From NCBI GenBank assembly GCA_963828735.1, contig CAWHFW010000004.1, positions 128,001 through 192,000 of the forward strand: DNA of 64,000 nt, given 5' to 3'. Made by a program: the position numbers and the translations under genes. How positions within the stretch are numbered: the first letter of the stretch is position 1; each line of letters starts with the position of its first letter. Positions 43,253-51,519 of the stretch are shown one piece after another. This DNA comes from an uncultured Gemmatimonadales bacterium (GTDB lineage: Bacteria > Gemmatimonadota > Gemmatimonadetes > Gemmatimonadales > GWC2-71-9). The notes under the pieces were generated by a model. It worked only from the letters and a program-made list of their open reading frames with translations. It made no database searches and was not told where the DNA came from.

Positions 43253-44700
43253 GCCTCCTGCCGCTGATCGTCGCGACGCTCGCGGGCGCCGGTGCGGGGT
43301 GGGCCGTGGCCCGCCGCCGAGCGGGATTGGCAATCGCGCCGGTGGCCGGCCCCCATCTGCTGCCCGACCCGGCGCTGGAGTGGCTCCGCCGCGCGTACGG
43401 GGCGCTGGGTGTATGGGTGGCGGAAATCGATCCGCGGGAAGAAGGGCCGCATGCCGAGCGGATCGTGGATGCCGAGCGACTGTCGGTGACGCAGATCGTG
43501 GCGGTGGACCGCCGTCTCGAGCGCGCGCGCGACCAGGAGCAGAGCGGGGCGGAGCGCATGGATAGCGGCCTGCTCGTCTTCCACGCCGCCGGCGGCACCG
43601 CGGTGGCGCTGCTCCTGCCGACGGACTTCGACACGACGCGGCTCGACCTGGTGGAGACCGACCTCCGGCGGCTGCTCGAGGGCGCGCGCCGCAAGCCGCA
43701 GATCGTGGCCCTGGCACAGGCCCAGACGCAGGAGGCGTCGCTCGAGTCCGTGGGCAGCGTCGGCCTTCGGCTGGCCTACCAGCTCGAGCGATCGCTGGAC
43801 GCGCAGGTCATCGTCGCCGCGAAGGAGGTGGTGGGCGACTCTCCGCACGTCGGCTCCCTCGCGCCGCTGCCGCCCGTCCGCATCGTCGGCGTGTCCGGTC
43901 GCGGCGACCGGCGACTGCTCGACACCCTCGTGCCGGAGATCAGCGACATCGCGCGCGTCGCGCGCGGCGAGACCGGGCAGTTCATGATGGAGGGGGACCC
44001 CTTGGGCGGAGCGGTGCCGGACCGCCGCCAACGACCGGGTGCGGTGATGCTGCTCCCGATTCTCGTGGGCGACGAAGCCTTCGGTGCGGTGGCCATCTGG
44101 CCGCCCGGGGGCCGCGAGCCGATCGGCGGCGCGTTGGCGGAGCTGATGGAGGCGCTGGCGAATGCGGGACCGCGGCTCGCACGCGCGCTGGAAGCCGACA
44201 AGCGCGCGACGCATGCGGCGTCCGACGGCCTGACCGGCCTCGCCAACCGCCGCAGGTTCGACGATCTGATCGACCAGGCGGAGCCGCGCGGGCCGCGCGC
44301 CGGCGCATTGGTGTACGCGGACTTCGATGAGTTCAAGCTGCTCAACGACACGCTCGGCCACCCGGCGGGCGACGCCGCGCTGATTCACTTCGCCCGCATC
44401 ATTCAGAGTCAGATCCGCGGCGGCGATCTCGCGGCGCGGATCGGGGGTGAGGAATTCGCCGTGTGGCTTCCGAGAGCGGATCTCGATACCGGCGCGCGCA
44501 TCGCCGAGCGCATCCGGATCCGGCTGGGGACCACGCCCTGGGACTGGAATGGGCGGGTCTGGCCGCTCAGCGCCTCGTTCGGCGTGGCGGCCTGTCCCGA
44601 GACCGGTCCCACGCTCAAGGCGCTGCCGGCGCAGGCGGACGCGGCGTTGTACGTGGCGAAGAATTCGGGGAGAAATCGGGTCGAGCGGGCGGGGAGGTAG
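43237..44700 (+). CDS. Membrane-anchored diguanylate cyclase (GAF-like + GGEEF); alt start TTG 43249
   Basis: N-terminal TM; DGLTGLANRR, DFDEFKLLNDTLGH, RGGD I-site, GGEEF, LYVAKNSGRNR. Confidence 0.92.
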   Translation: MASGLSLLPLIVATLAGAGAGWAVARRRAGLAIAPVAGPHLLPDPALEWLRRAYGALGVWVAEIDPREEGPHAERIVDAERLSVTQIVAVDRRLERARDQEQSGAERMDSGLLVFHAAGGTAVALLLPTDFDTTRLDLVETDLRRLLEGARRKPQIVALAQAQTQEASLESVGSVGLRLAYQLERSLDAQVIVAAKEVVGDSPHVGSLAPLPPVRIVGVSGRGDRRLLDTLVPEISDIARVARGETGQFMMEGDPLGGAVPDRRQRPGAVMLLPILVGDEAFGAVAIWPPGGREPIGGALAELMEALANAGPRLARALEADKRATHAASDGLTGLANRRRFDDLIDQAEPRGPRAGALVYADFDEFKLLNDTLGHPAGDAALIHFARIIQSQIRGGDLAARIGGEEFAVWLPRADLDTGARIAERIRIRLGTTPWDWNGRVWPLSASFGVAACPETGPTLKALPAQADAALYVAKNSGRNRVERAGR

Positions 44701-44776
44701 GGTCAGATCGAGGTTTTTGACCCGGCCGCCATCGCTACCCATCCGTCCCCTGACTGTCTATATTTGAGGCACCTTC

Positions 44777-45139
44777 GGGGGCGACTGGCTTCGACGGGTT
44801 TGTAGAAGGAATTGCAGCGTGCCCAGGTCCAGAGTCCTGGTAAAACCGTCTGGAACGCTTTAACTGCCAACTCAAACCTGGCACTGGCCGCGTAAGCTGA
44901 GCTAGCTCGCTTGACGCGCCTTCGGCTAGAGGAGCCCGCCCGGAGCGCCTCCTGTCGAATCGCAAACCTGGGCTGGCCAGACGCGTTGCTCCGACGCGAA
45001 CGGTGAGATCAGCAAGGAGCTAGACCAAGGGCAGGTCGGTTCGGCACCGGCCCGAGGCGACGGCGAGAAGACGAACCTACGCACGTAGACGCGGTTCTGG
45101 ACGCTCACTCGGACCAGGGTTCGATTCCCTGCGCCTCCA
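44777..45139 (+). ncRNA. ssrA: tmRNA; tag peptide ANSNLALAA (44866-44895)
   Basis: GGGGGCG 5' end pairs with CGCCTCC-A (G3-U), TTCGAC D-loop, GGTTCGATTCC T-arm, tag ORF ending LAA-stop; 3' CCA not encoded; TATATT box at 44759. Confidence 0.96.
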
Positions 45140-45144
45140 TCACG

Positions 45145-45189
45145 CGAACACGGGGCCCGCGATATGCCGCGGGCCCCGTGTTCGTTTCT
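45145..45189 (+). terminator. Terminator after ssrA
   Basis: cgaacacggggcccgcg-loop-cgcgggccccgtgttcg then tttct. Confidence 0.8.
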
Positions 45190-45237
45190 CTGTCCCATAC
45201 TGCCGCTGACCCTGCTGGCACGCGGGTGCGAGCGAGC

Positions 45238-45852
45238 TCACTTCGTGGGCGGCGTTCGCTCCGCGCAGAAATACCCCTCCGCTCCGACCCCGGCCTTCGA
45301 TCCGCCACTCGCCCAGGTGCCCGCGAAGCCACCCGGCCCGAGGCTCCGCACCGTCAGCGCGAAGTAGCCGCCATCGTAGCGTACAACGCCCAGCCGGTTG
45401 GCGTCGGACCCGAGCCGCAACATGATCTCGGCGCCGGCATCCTCGTGCGCGGGATGGCGCTCGATGACCAGTACGCCAGGCGCCTCGGGATCATCGGTGG
45501 TGAGGTCTCCGGTCCGCACGCCGCCGAGCGCGGTCGGGTCGAGGTCGCTGGTGCCCGCGAGCGGATGGCTCGCCGTGGTGTCGCGCACCCCCAGGACCAC
45601 GACGGCGCGCGCGAGCGAATCCGCGAGCGGCGCGAGGCGAAGGCCGCTCTCGACCGACCGGCCCGCGCTCGCGCCCGACGTCGCGGTGAGGTGAACGCGG
45701 TATTCCCCCGCGAGACCGTCGGCGGTCGCCGTCCGGGGCAGGGAGCCGGTTGGCGGCCGGCACGGATCGGCGGCCGGCTGGGCTTCGGGCTTGGCCGAGT
45801 GGCAGCCCATCAACAGTGCGAGCATCGCGCTGGCCCCGCGCCAGGCCCTCAC
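45238..45852 (-). CDS. Hypothetical lipoprotein
   Basis: Lipobox-like LLMGC; GTGA overlap with the upstream peptidase gene. Confidence 0.7.
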   Translation of the reverse strand: MRAWRGASAMLALLMGCHSAKPEAQPAADPCRPPTGSLPRTATADGLAGEYRVHLTATSGASAGRSVESGLRLAPLADSLARAVVVLGVRDTTASHPLAGTSDLDPTALGGVRTGDLTTDDPEAPGVLVIERHPAHEDAGAEIMLRLGSDANRLGVVRYDGGYFALTVRSLGPGGFAGTWASGGSKAGVGAEGYFCAERTPPTK

Positions 45853-47324
45853 GGGCGGATGAGGTTGACGACGCGTCCGCCCTCATCCACGACCCGGAGC
45901 GGGAGGCGGAGCAGGTCGTTCTTCAGCTGCACCCGCGGTCCCCGCGGCGAGAACGCCCGGAGGCCCGGCGCGAGCGTGAAGGGATCGGCGCCCTCGAGGT
46001 TGACGGCGTAACCCAGGTCCGCCATCGAGGCGACGGAGACTCGGCTCAGCGCGTTGGTGCTGGCCTCCACGAAGCCGGTCATCAACTCGTTGCCGAACAC
46101 CGATTCACGCCAGTGCGCGTCGGCGGTGCCTTCGCCGCCCATGTCCTCGACCGGGACCTTCGCGCTCGCGATGTAGCCTGCGCCGCCGATGTCGTCGAAC
46201 GCCGCGATGCCCTGCGGACCGGTGAAGTGCGGGTCGATGCCTCCGGAGAGGGAGGGATCGGCGAGCAGGTTCAGGTCGCTCCAGATGGTGCCGAATCCGA
46301 GGACGTGTCCCATCTCGTGCAGGATGACCACCTGCAACAGGCCACCGCTCTCGAGCACGTCGAGATCGGCGGTGTCGAACTTCATGAGGCCCAGGACCGG
46401 AATGTGGGTGCCGTTGCGAATGAAGCAGGGACCCGCGGCGCCGAGCACGCTTCCGGCGCCGTCGATCGGCTCGAGCGTGATCAGGATCAGGACGTCGTCT
46501 ACCGTCTGGTTGAGGGCCGGCGAGTTCGTGCCGCACTGGCCGGCCGTGGCGGTGAGCTGCACGTTGGGGATGTCGCCGACGATTAGTCCCTGCCAGCGCT
46601 GCGCCGCCGCCACGAAGGCCTGCCGCTGGGCGGTCGTGGGCGTGGTGAGGAATTGGAGGTCGATCGAGAATGCCGAGACGCCGGTTTCGGTGAAGGTCGT
46701 GGTGAGGGGCGATCCCGCGACCGAGGCCGTGACGGAGATCGCGCCCGAGCCCAGCACGGTGAGCGACGTGGCCGCGCGTCCATCCGCGCCGGTCTGGCCG
46801 GTTGGCGTGCCGAGGGTGCCGAGCTGCGGCTCCGCCGAGAACGTGACCGTGGCGCCCGGGATGGGATGGCCGTTGCCGTCGTTCACCTGCACGGTGAGCG
46901 GGGTGGCTACCGCGGCGCCGATGTCGGCCGTCTGCTGATCGCCCGCGGCCTTCTGTAGCTGGGTGACCGTCTGAGTGACCGTGACGCTCACCGTGGCATT
47001 CACGGAGCCGGTGGTGGCAGTGATGTGCGCGGCGCCGCTGCCAGCGGCGGAAACCAAGCCCGTCCCCGTCACGGTGGCGACCGAGGCATTGTCACTCGAC
47101 CAATTGATCGAGGGCGACGAGATGGTCGCGCCGTCCTGGTCGGTGACCGTGGCGGTGAGTTGCTGGGTATCGCCGACCGCGTCGAGCGCGAAGTCGGGCG
47201 GGCTCACCGAGATGGCGCCCGGCACCGGGGTGTCCGTGGGGCCGCTCCCGCTGCAGGCGGCCACGAGGATGGCCGCGAGGAGGACGGGGGCACCGAGGCG
47301 GCGGCAGCGCGAGCGAGGCGGCAT
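45849..47324 (-). CDS. Lipoprotein with Ig-like domains and a leishmanolysin (M8)-like zinc metallopeptidase
   Basis: LVAAC lipobox; Big_2-like WSSDNASVATV; HEMGHVLGFG, distal HW..FGNELMTG. Confidence 0.82.
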   Translation of the reverse strand: MPPRSRCRRLGAPVLLAAILVAACSGSGPTDTPVPGAISVSPPDFALDAVGDTQQLTATVTDQDGATISSPSINWSSDNASVATVTGTGLVSAAGSGAAHITATTGSVNATVSVTVTQTVTQLQKAAGDQQTADIGAAVATPLTVQVNDGNGHPIPGATVTFSAEPQLGTLGTPTGQTGADGRAATSLTVLGSGAISVTASVAGSPLTTTFTETGVSAFSIDLQFLTTPTTAQRQAFVAAAQRWQGLIVGDIPNVQLTATAGQCGTNSPALNQTVDDVLILITLEPIDGAGSVLGAAGPCFIRNGTHIPVLGLMKFDTADLDVLESGGLLQVVILHEMGHVLGFGTIWSDLNLLADPSLSGGIDPHFTGPQGIAAFDDIGGAGYIASAKVPVEDMGGEGTADAHWRESVFGNELMTGFVEASTNALSRVSVASMADLGYAVNLEGADPFTLAPGLRAFSPRGPRVQLKNDLLRLPLRVVDEGGRVVNLIRP

Positions 47325-47535
47325 GCGCGAAATACCGGGCTGAGGGGGCCGGCCATGAGGCGCTCGAGCACGAAGAGGTGCGCCGAGCGCGGACGGAAGC
47401 TAATCTATGGCGCGCGCGCCAATCCGCGTATCGTGCTGGCGCAGGACCGGGCGCCGCGACGCCTTGTTCAATGTTTGATCGTAAGTTCAACATAGCAACG
47501 CATTTATGCTCTGCGACGTCACCTGACCTCTTACT

Positions 47536-48801
47536 ATGGCCTCGACCGTGACCCCACCCGCCTCCGCGCTCGCTACCTCCCCGGTGCAGTCGACTCAAGA
47601 AATCCGCGGCCGGTTTCCGGCACTCGAGCGCCGGCACGGCGGCCACCCGGTCGCCTACTTCGATGGCCCCGGCGGCACGCAGGTCCCCAAGGTCGTCGCG
47701 GACGCGGTGGCCGACTATCTCCTGCATCACAACGCGAACACGCACTGGCGCTATCCCACGAGCGAGGAGACCGACCGTCTGATCGCCGGTGCGCGCGAGG
47801 CCATGGCGGACTTTCTCGGCGGCGCGCCGTCCGAAATCGTCTTCGGCGCCAACATGACGACCCTCACCTTCCACCTCGGCCGAGCGCTGGGGCGAGGCTG
47901 GGGGCCGGGCGACGAACTGATCGTCACCGAACTCGATCACCACGCCAACGTGGCGCCCTGGCGCGCCCTCGAGCGCGAGCGCGGCGTCACCGTGCGCAGC
48001 GTGCCCCTCGTGCCCGGCACCGGCGAGCTCGACTGGACGGCTCTCCAGGAAGCGCTTTCCGCCCGGACGCGCCTGCTCGCGATCGGCGCCGCGTCCAACG
48101 CCCTCGGCACCGTCAGCGACGTCGCTCGTGCCTGCGGCCTCGCGCGGGCCGTCGGCGCGCTCACCTTCGTGGACGCGGTCCACTCTGCCCCCCACGCGCT
48201 GGTGGACGTCCGCGCGATCGGCTGCGACTTCCTCGCCTGCTCGGCCTACAAGTTCTACGGGCCACACATCGGAATCCTGTACGGCCGGCGCGACCGGCTC
48301 GAGGCCCTCGATGCCCCGAAGCTTGCGCCCGCACCGGAGACCGCCCCCGAGCGGATGGAGACCGGCACCCTCGACCACGAAGGAATCGCGGGCGCCGGCG
48401 CGGCCGTCGACTTCCTGGCGTCGCTCGCCGCAGGCGGCAGCCGGCGTGAGCGCCTGCGGCGAGGGTTCGGAGAGCTCCATGCTCGCGGCCAAATTCTCCT
48501 GGAGCGCCTCTGGCAGGGCCTCGGCGAGATCCCCGGGGTCACGAGGTACGGTCCACCGCCCGGACGCCCCCGCACGCCGACGGTGAGCTTCACGCTGGCT
48601 GGCCGCACGAGCGACGAGGTGGCCACCGCGCTGGCGGCCGACGGTGTGTTCGTCTCCAACGGCGACTTCTACGCGACGACCGTGGTCGAGCGGCTGGGGC
48701 TGGGGGCCCAGGGCCTCGTGCGCGCGGGCTGCGCCTGCTACACGACGTCCGACGAGGTGGACCGTCTTGTGGAGGGCGTGAGCCGCCTCACGCCGGATTG
48801 A
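47536..48801 (+). CDS. Cysteine desulfurase-like class V PLP enzyme
   Basis: YFDGPGGTQVP, DHHANVAPW, DAVH, SAYKFYGPH (PLP Lys). Confidence 0.88.
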   Translation: MASTVTPPASALATSPVQSTQEIRGRFPALERRHGGHPVAYFDGPGGTQVPKVVADAVADYLLHHNANTHWRYPTSEETDRLIAGAREAMADFLGGAPSEIVFGANMTTLTFHLGRALGRGWGPGDELIVTELDHHANVAPWRALERERGVTVRSVPLVPGTGELDWTALQEALSARTRLLAIGAASNALGTVSDVARACGLARAVGALTFVDAVHSAPHALVDVRAIGCDFLACSAYKFYGPHIGILYGRRDRLEALDAPKLAPAPETAPERMETGTLDHEGIAGAGAAVDFLASLAAGGSRRERLRRGFGELHARGQILLERLWQGLGEIPGVTRYGPPPGRPRTPTVSFTLAGRTSDEVATALAADGVFVSNGDFYATTVVERLGLGAQGLVRAGCACYTTSDEVDRLVEGVSRLTPD

Positions 48802-49369
48802 TCGGGATCTTGACCCGCGTCTTTTCCCACTCGAGCAGGAGCGTGGCACCCTTGCCCGCGCCTTCGCTCCGGATGGTGAAGGTGTCGACCGCCTGCTTGA
48901 TGCGCTCGCTCTTCACCGTCCCACGACCCACCTCCTGCGCCTGCACCTCCGGCGTGTAGCTGTCCTCACGGCCCCACTGCTTGGTCGACCGGTTCACGAT
49001 GATCTCCCACTCGGTGGCGTTGGGCACGGAATAGAGTGAATACGTGCCCGGGGGCACCGGGATGCCGGCGACCGTGATGGCCACTGGCGTGAACAGGGTC
49101 GTGGGCTCGTTCGCGCCGGTTCGCCAGAGCTTGCCGTAAGGCACGGCCTCCCCTCCCAACATCACGCGTCCGCGCGAGGACGGCCGTCCGTAGCAGACCT
49201 TCACCGGCTGCTTGGCCACGCTGAACGTCAGCGAGTCGAGTGGGCTCTTCCGCCCCTCGGCCGGGACGTCGTTCGGGAGCAGGATCTGGCAGGCCGTGTC
49301 CGCCGTCTGGATCGGCATCGGCTGCGAGAACGCGGCGGCGGCAATCACGAGGCTGAGCGGCGTCATCAT
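48788..49369 (-). CDS. DUF2911-like secreted protein
   Basis: YGRPSSRGR, VPYGKLWRTGANE, WEKTRV; AGGAG SD; ATGA overlap with purK. Confidence 0.82.
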   Translation of the reverse strand: MMTPLSLVIAAAAFSQPMPIQTADTACQILLPNDVPAEGRKSPLDSLTFSVAKQPVKVCYGRPSSRGRVMLGGEAVPYGKLWRTGANEPTTLFTPVAITVAGIPVPPGTYSLYSVPNATEWEIIVNRSTKQWGREDSYTPEVQAQEVGRGTVKSERIKQAVDTFTIRSEGAGKGATLLLEWEKTRVKIPINPA

Positions 49370-50529
49370 ATGCTCCTGGAAGAGGCGGGGACGGCCGCCG
49401 GCGTCGCGGCGAGGGCCGCGTGGGCCTTGTGGGCGAGGGCGTAGGCCAGGTCGGCCGAATCGGCGATGCAGTTGAGGTGCCCCATCTTGCGGCCGGGCCG
49501 CGGCTCGGCCTTGCCATAGAGATGGAGGCGAACGCCCGGGAGCTTGAGCGCTTCCACCCAGCGAGGCTCGCCGGCCTGCCACAGGTCTCCGAGAAGGTTG
49601 ATCATGGTCACCGGCGAGAGCAGTCGCGGCTGGCCGAGCGGCAGGCCGCAAAGCGCGCGGAGCTGCTGCTCGAACTGGTCCACCGTGCACGCGTCCATCG
49701 TGAAGTGTCCGCTGTTGTGCGGGCGAGGGGCGGTCTCGTTCACGAACAGGCGGCCGCCGTTCGCGACGAAGAGCTCGACGCCCAGCACACCGGAATACTC
49801 CATCCGCTCGGCCACCCGGACCGCGAGGTCGCGCGCCTCGTCGGCGAGGCGGGCGGAGACGCGGGCGGGCACGACGGTGGTCTCGAGGATGCCGTCGCGG
49901 TGCCGGTTCTCGCCCACCGGGAACGCCTGGACCTCGCCGTCGGCCCCCCGCGCCAGCACGACCGAGAGCTCCGTCTCGAGCGCCAGCCGCTCCTCCAGCA
50001 CGCAGGGCACGCCGCCGAAGCGCTCGAATGCGGCCGACGCCGACGCCGGATCGGTGACCAGCGCCTGTCCCTTCCCGTCGTAGCCGAGCCGGCTGGTCTT
50101 GAGCAGGGCGGGCAGGCGAACGAACCCGAGCGCGTCATGGAGCTCGGCAGCGCTGGTGACGGGGCGAAACGGCGCCGTGGAAAAGGCCGCGCGTTGCAGA
50201 AAGGTCTTTTCGGCGATTCGGTCCTGGGCGACGGCCACCGCCTCGACGGGTGGCCTCACGATCGTGCCTGCCGAAAGTCGGTGCAGGGTGGCCGCGGGAA
50301 CGTTCTCGAACTCGGTCGTCACGGCCGCACAGCCGGCGGCCAATTCGTCGAGCGCCCGCTCGTCGTCGTAGGAGGCGCGCAGGTGGCGATCGGCGACGAG
50401 CCCCGCCGGGCTGCGCGCGTCCGGATCGAGCACGACCACGCGATACCCCATCGCCAGCGCCCGCAGCACGAACATCCGACCCAGCTGCCCACCACCTACC
50501 ACTCCGACCGTCGCGCCGGGCAGGATCAC
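49366..50529 (-). CDS. purK: N5-carboxyaminoimidazole ribonucleotide synthase
   Basis: [35 protein letters not shown]. Confidence 0.96.
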   Translation of the reverse strand: MILPGATVGVVGGGQLGRMFVLRALAMGYRVVVLDPDARSPAGLVADRHLRASYDDERALDELAAGCAAVTTEFENVPAATLHRLSAGTIVRPPVEAVAVAQDRIAEKTFLQRAAFSTAPFRPVTSAAELHDALGFVRLPALLKTSRLGYDGKGQALVTDPASASAAFERFGGVPCVLEERLALETELSVVLARGADGEVQAFPVGENRHRDGILETTVVPARVSARLADEARDLAVRVAERMEYSGVLGVELFVANGGRLFVNETAPRPHNSGHFTMDACTVDQFEQQLRALCGLPLGQPRLLSPVTMINLLGDLWQAGEPRWVEALKLPGVRLHLYGKAEPRPGRKMGHLNCIADSADLAYALAHKAHAALAATPAAVPASSRSI

Positions 50530-51020
50530 GCCGACCCCGGGAGCTTGAGGGCCAGGACCCGCTCGGTCTGGGCGGCACGAAACGCGTCGAGGCGCCGGGC
50601 CAGCGCGGCATCGGCGCCCGCCAGGATCGCGACGGCGTAGAGCCCCGCATTGTGCGCGCCGGCCGCACCGATCGCGAAGGTCGCGACCGGCACCCCCGCC
50701 GGCATCTGGACGATGGAGAGCAGGGAATCGAGTCCCTGCAGGTGGGTCGACGTCACGGGCACGCCCAGCACCGGCAGTGTAGTCTTGGCGGCGAGCATAC
50801 CCGGCAGGTGGGCGGCGCCGCCCGCGCCCGCGATGATACACCGCAGCCCACGCCCGCGGGCCTCGGCGGCGTACTGGAAGAGCAGGTCCGGCGTCCGGTG
50901 CGCGCTGACGACGCGACACTCGTGAGGCACGTCGAACTCGGCCAGCCGGCGGCTCGCGTGCTGCATGACCTCCCAATCGGAGTCGCTGCCCATCACGATA
51001 CCCACGAGCGGTGCGGTCAT
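50526..51020 (-). CDS. purE: N5-CAIR mutase
   Basis: [33 protein letters not shown]. Confidence 0.96.
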   Translation of the reverse strand: MTAPLVGIVMGSDSDWEVMQHASRRLAEFDVPHECRVVSAHRTPDLLFQYAAEARGRGLRCIIAGAGGAAHLPGMLAAKTTLPVLGVPVTSTHLQGLDSLLSIVQMPAGVPVATFAIGAAGAHNAGLYAVAILAGADAALARRLDAFRAAQTERVLALKLPGSA

Positions 51021-51168
51021 AGCGTCCTCGACAGCGAGGTGGTCAGCCGTTCGGCAGGCAGGAATAAAGGACGTCCCCCTCGGCGAGAGCAAGCGTCCGG
51101 GTCAGCCGTCACAGTCGGGCGTCCGCCCGGGCTCTAGCTTGCGCGCGGATCATCCGTACGGAGGGGAA

Positions 51169-51519
51169 ATGAGGCAGCAGCAGGCGCGCGCGGCGCGGCG
51201 CGCACGGGTCGACGAGGACCTCACCGGCGCCGAGCGCCTGGTGCTGGCTATCCTCGATCATCGCATCGTTCATTTCAGATATCATGGGCACGATCGCACG
51301 GTCGAGCCTCATCTGCTCGGCCTGCACGACGCGGGCGAGTCGCTGCTGGTGGCCTACCAGACCGGCGGGGGCAGCCAGAATGGGCAGATTCCCGGCTGGC
51401 GGGCGTTCATCACGACGTCGGTGGAGGACGTGGTGATCGACGATCGTCACTTTCCCGGCCCGCGCGGCGATCTCGACGTCGAGAAGCACCGCATGCTCGA
51501 GGTCTTCGCGCGCGCCTAG
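51169..51519 (+). CDS. Stand-alone WYL-like domain protein (116 aa)
   Basis: AI..HRIVHFRYHG..RTVEPHLLG..LVAYQ..GWRAF; GGAGGGG SD and TAGCTT box upstream. Confidence 0.65.
   Translation: MRQQQARAARRARVDEDLTGAERLVLAILDHRIVHFRYHGHDRTVEPHLLGLHDAGESLLVAYQTGGGSQNGQIPGWRAFITTSVEDVVIDDRHFPGPRGDLDVEKHRMLEVFARA

Noticed and set aside
45100..49400. Possible genomic island integrated at the ssrA 3' end
   Set aside because: No integrase, no duplicated ssrA 3' end seen, native terminator directly follows, and composition looks like the backbone
51021..51168. Possible purine or ZTP riboswitch upstream of purE (repeated ggtcagccgt)
   Set aside because: No recognisable aptamer consensus; only a 10-nt direct repeat
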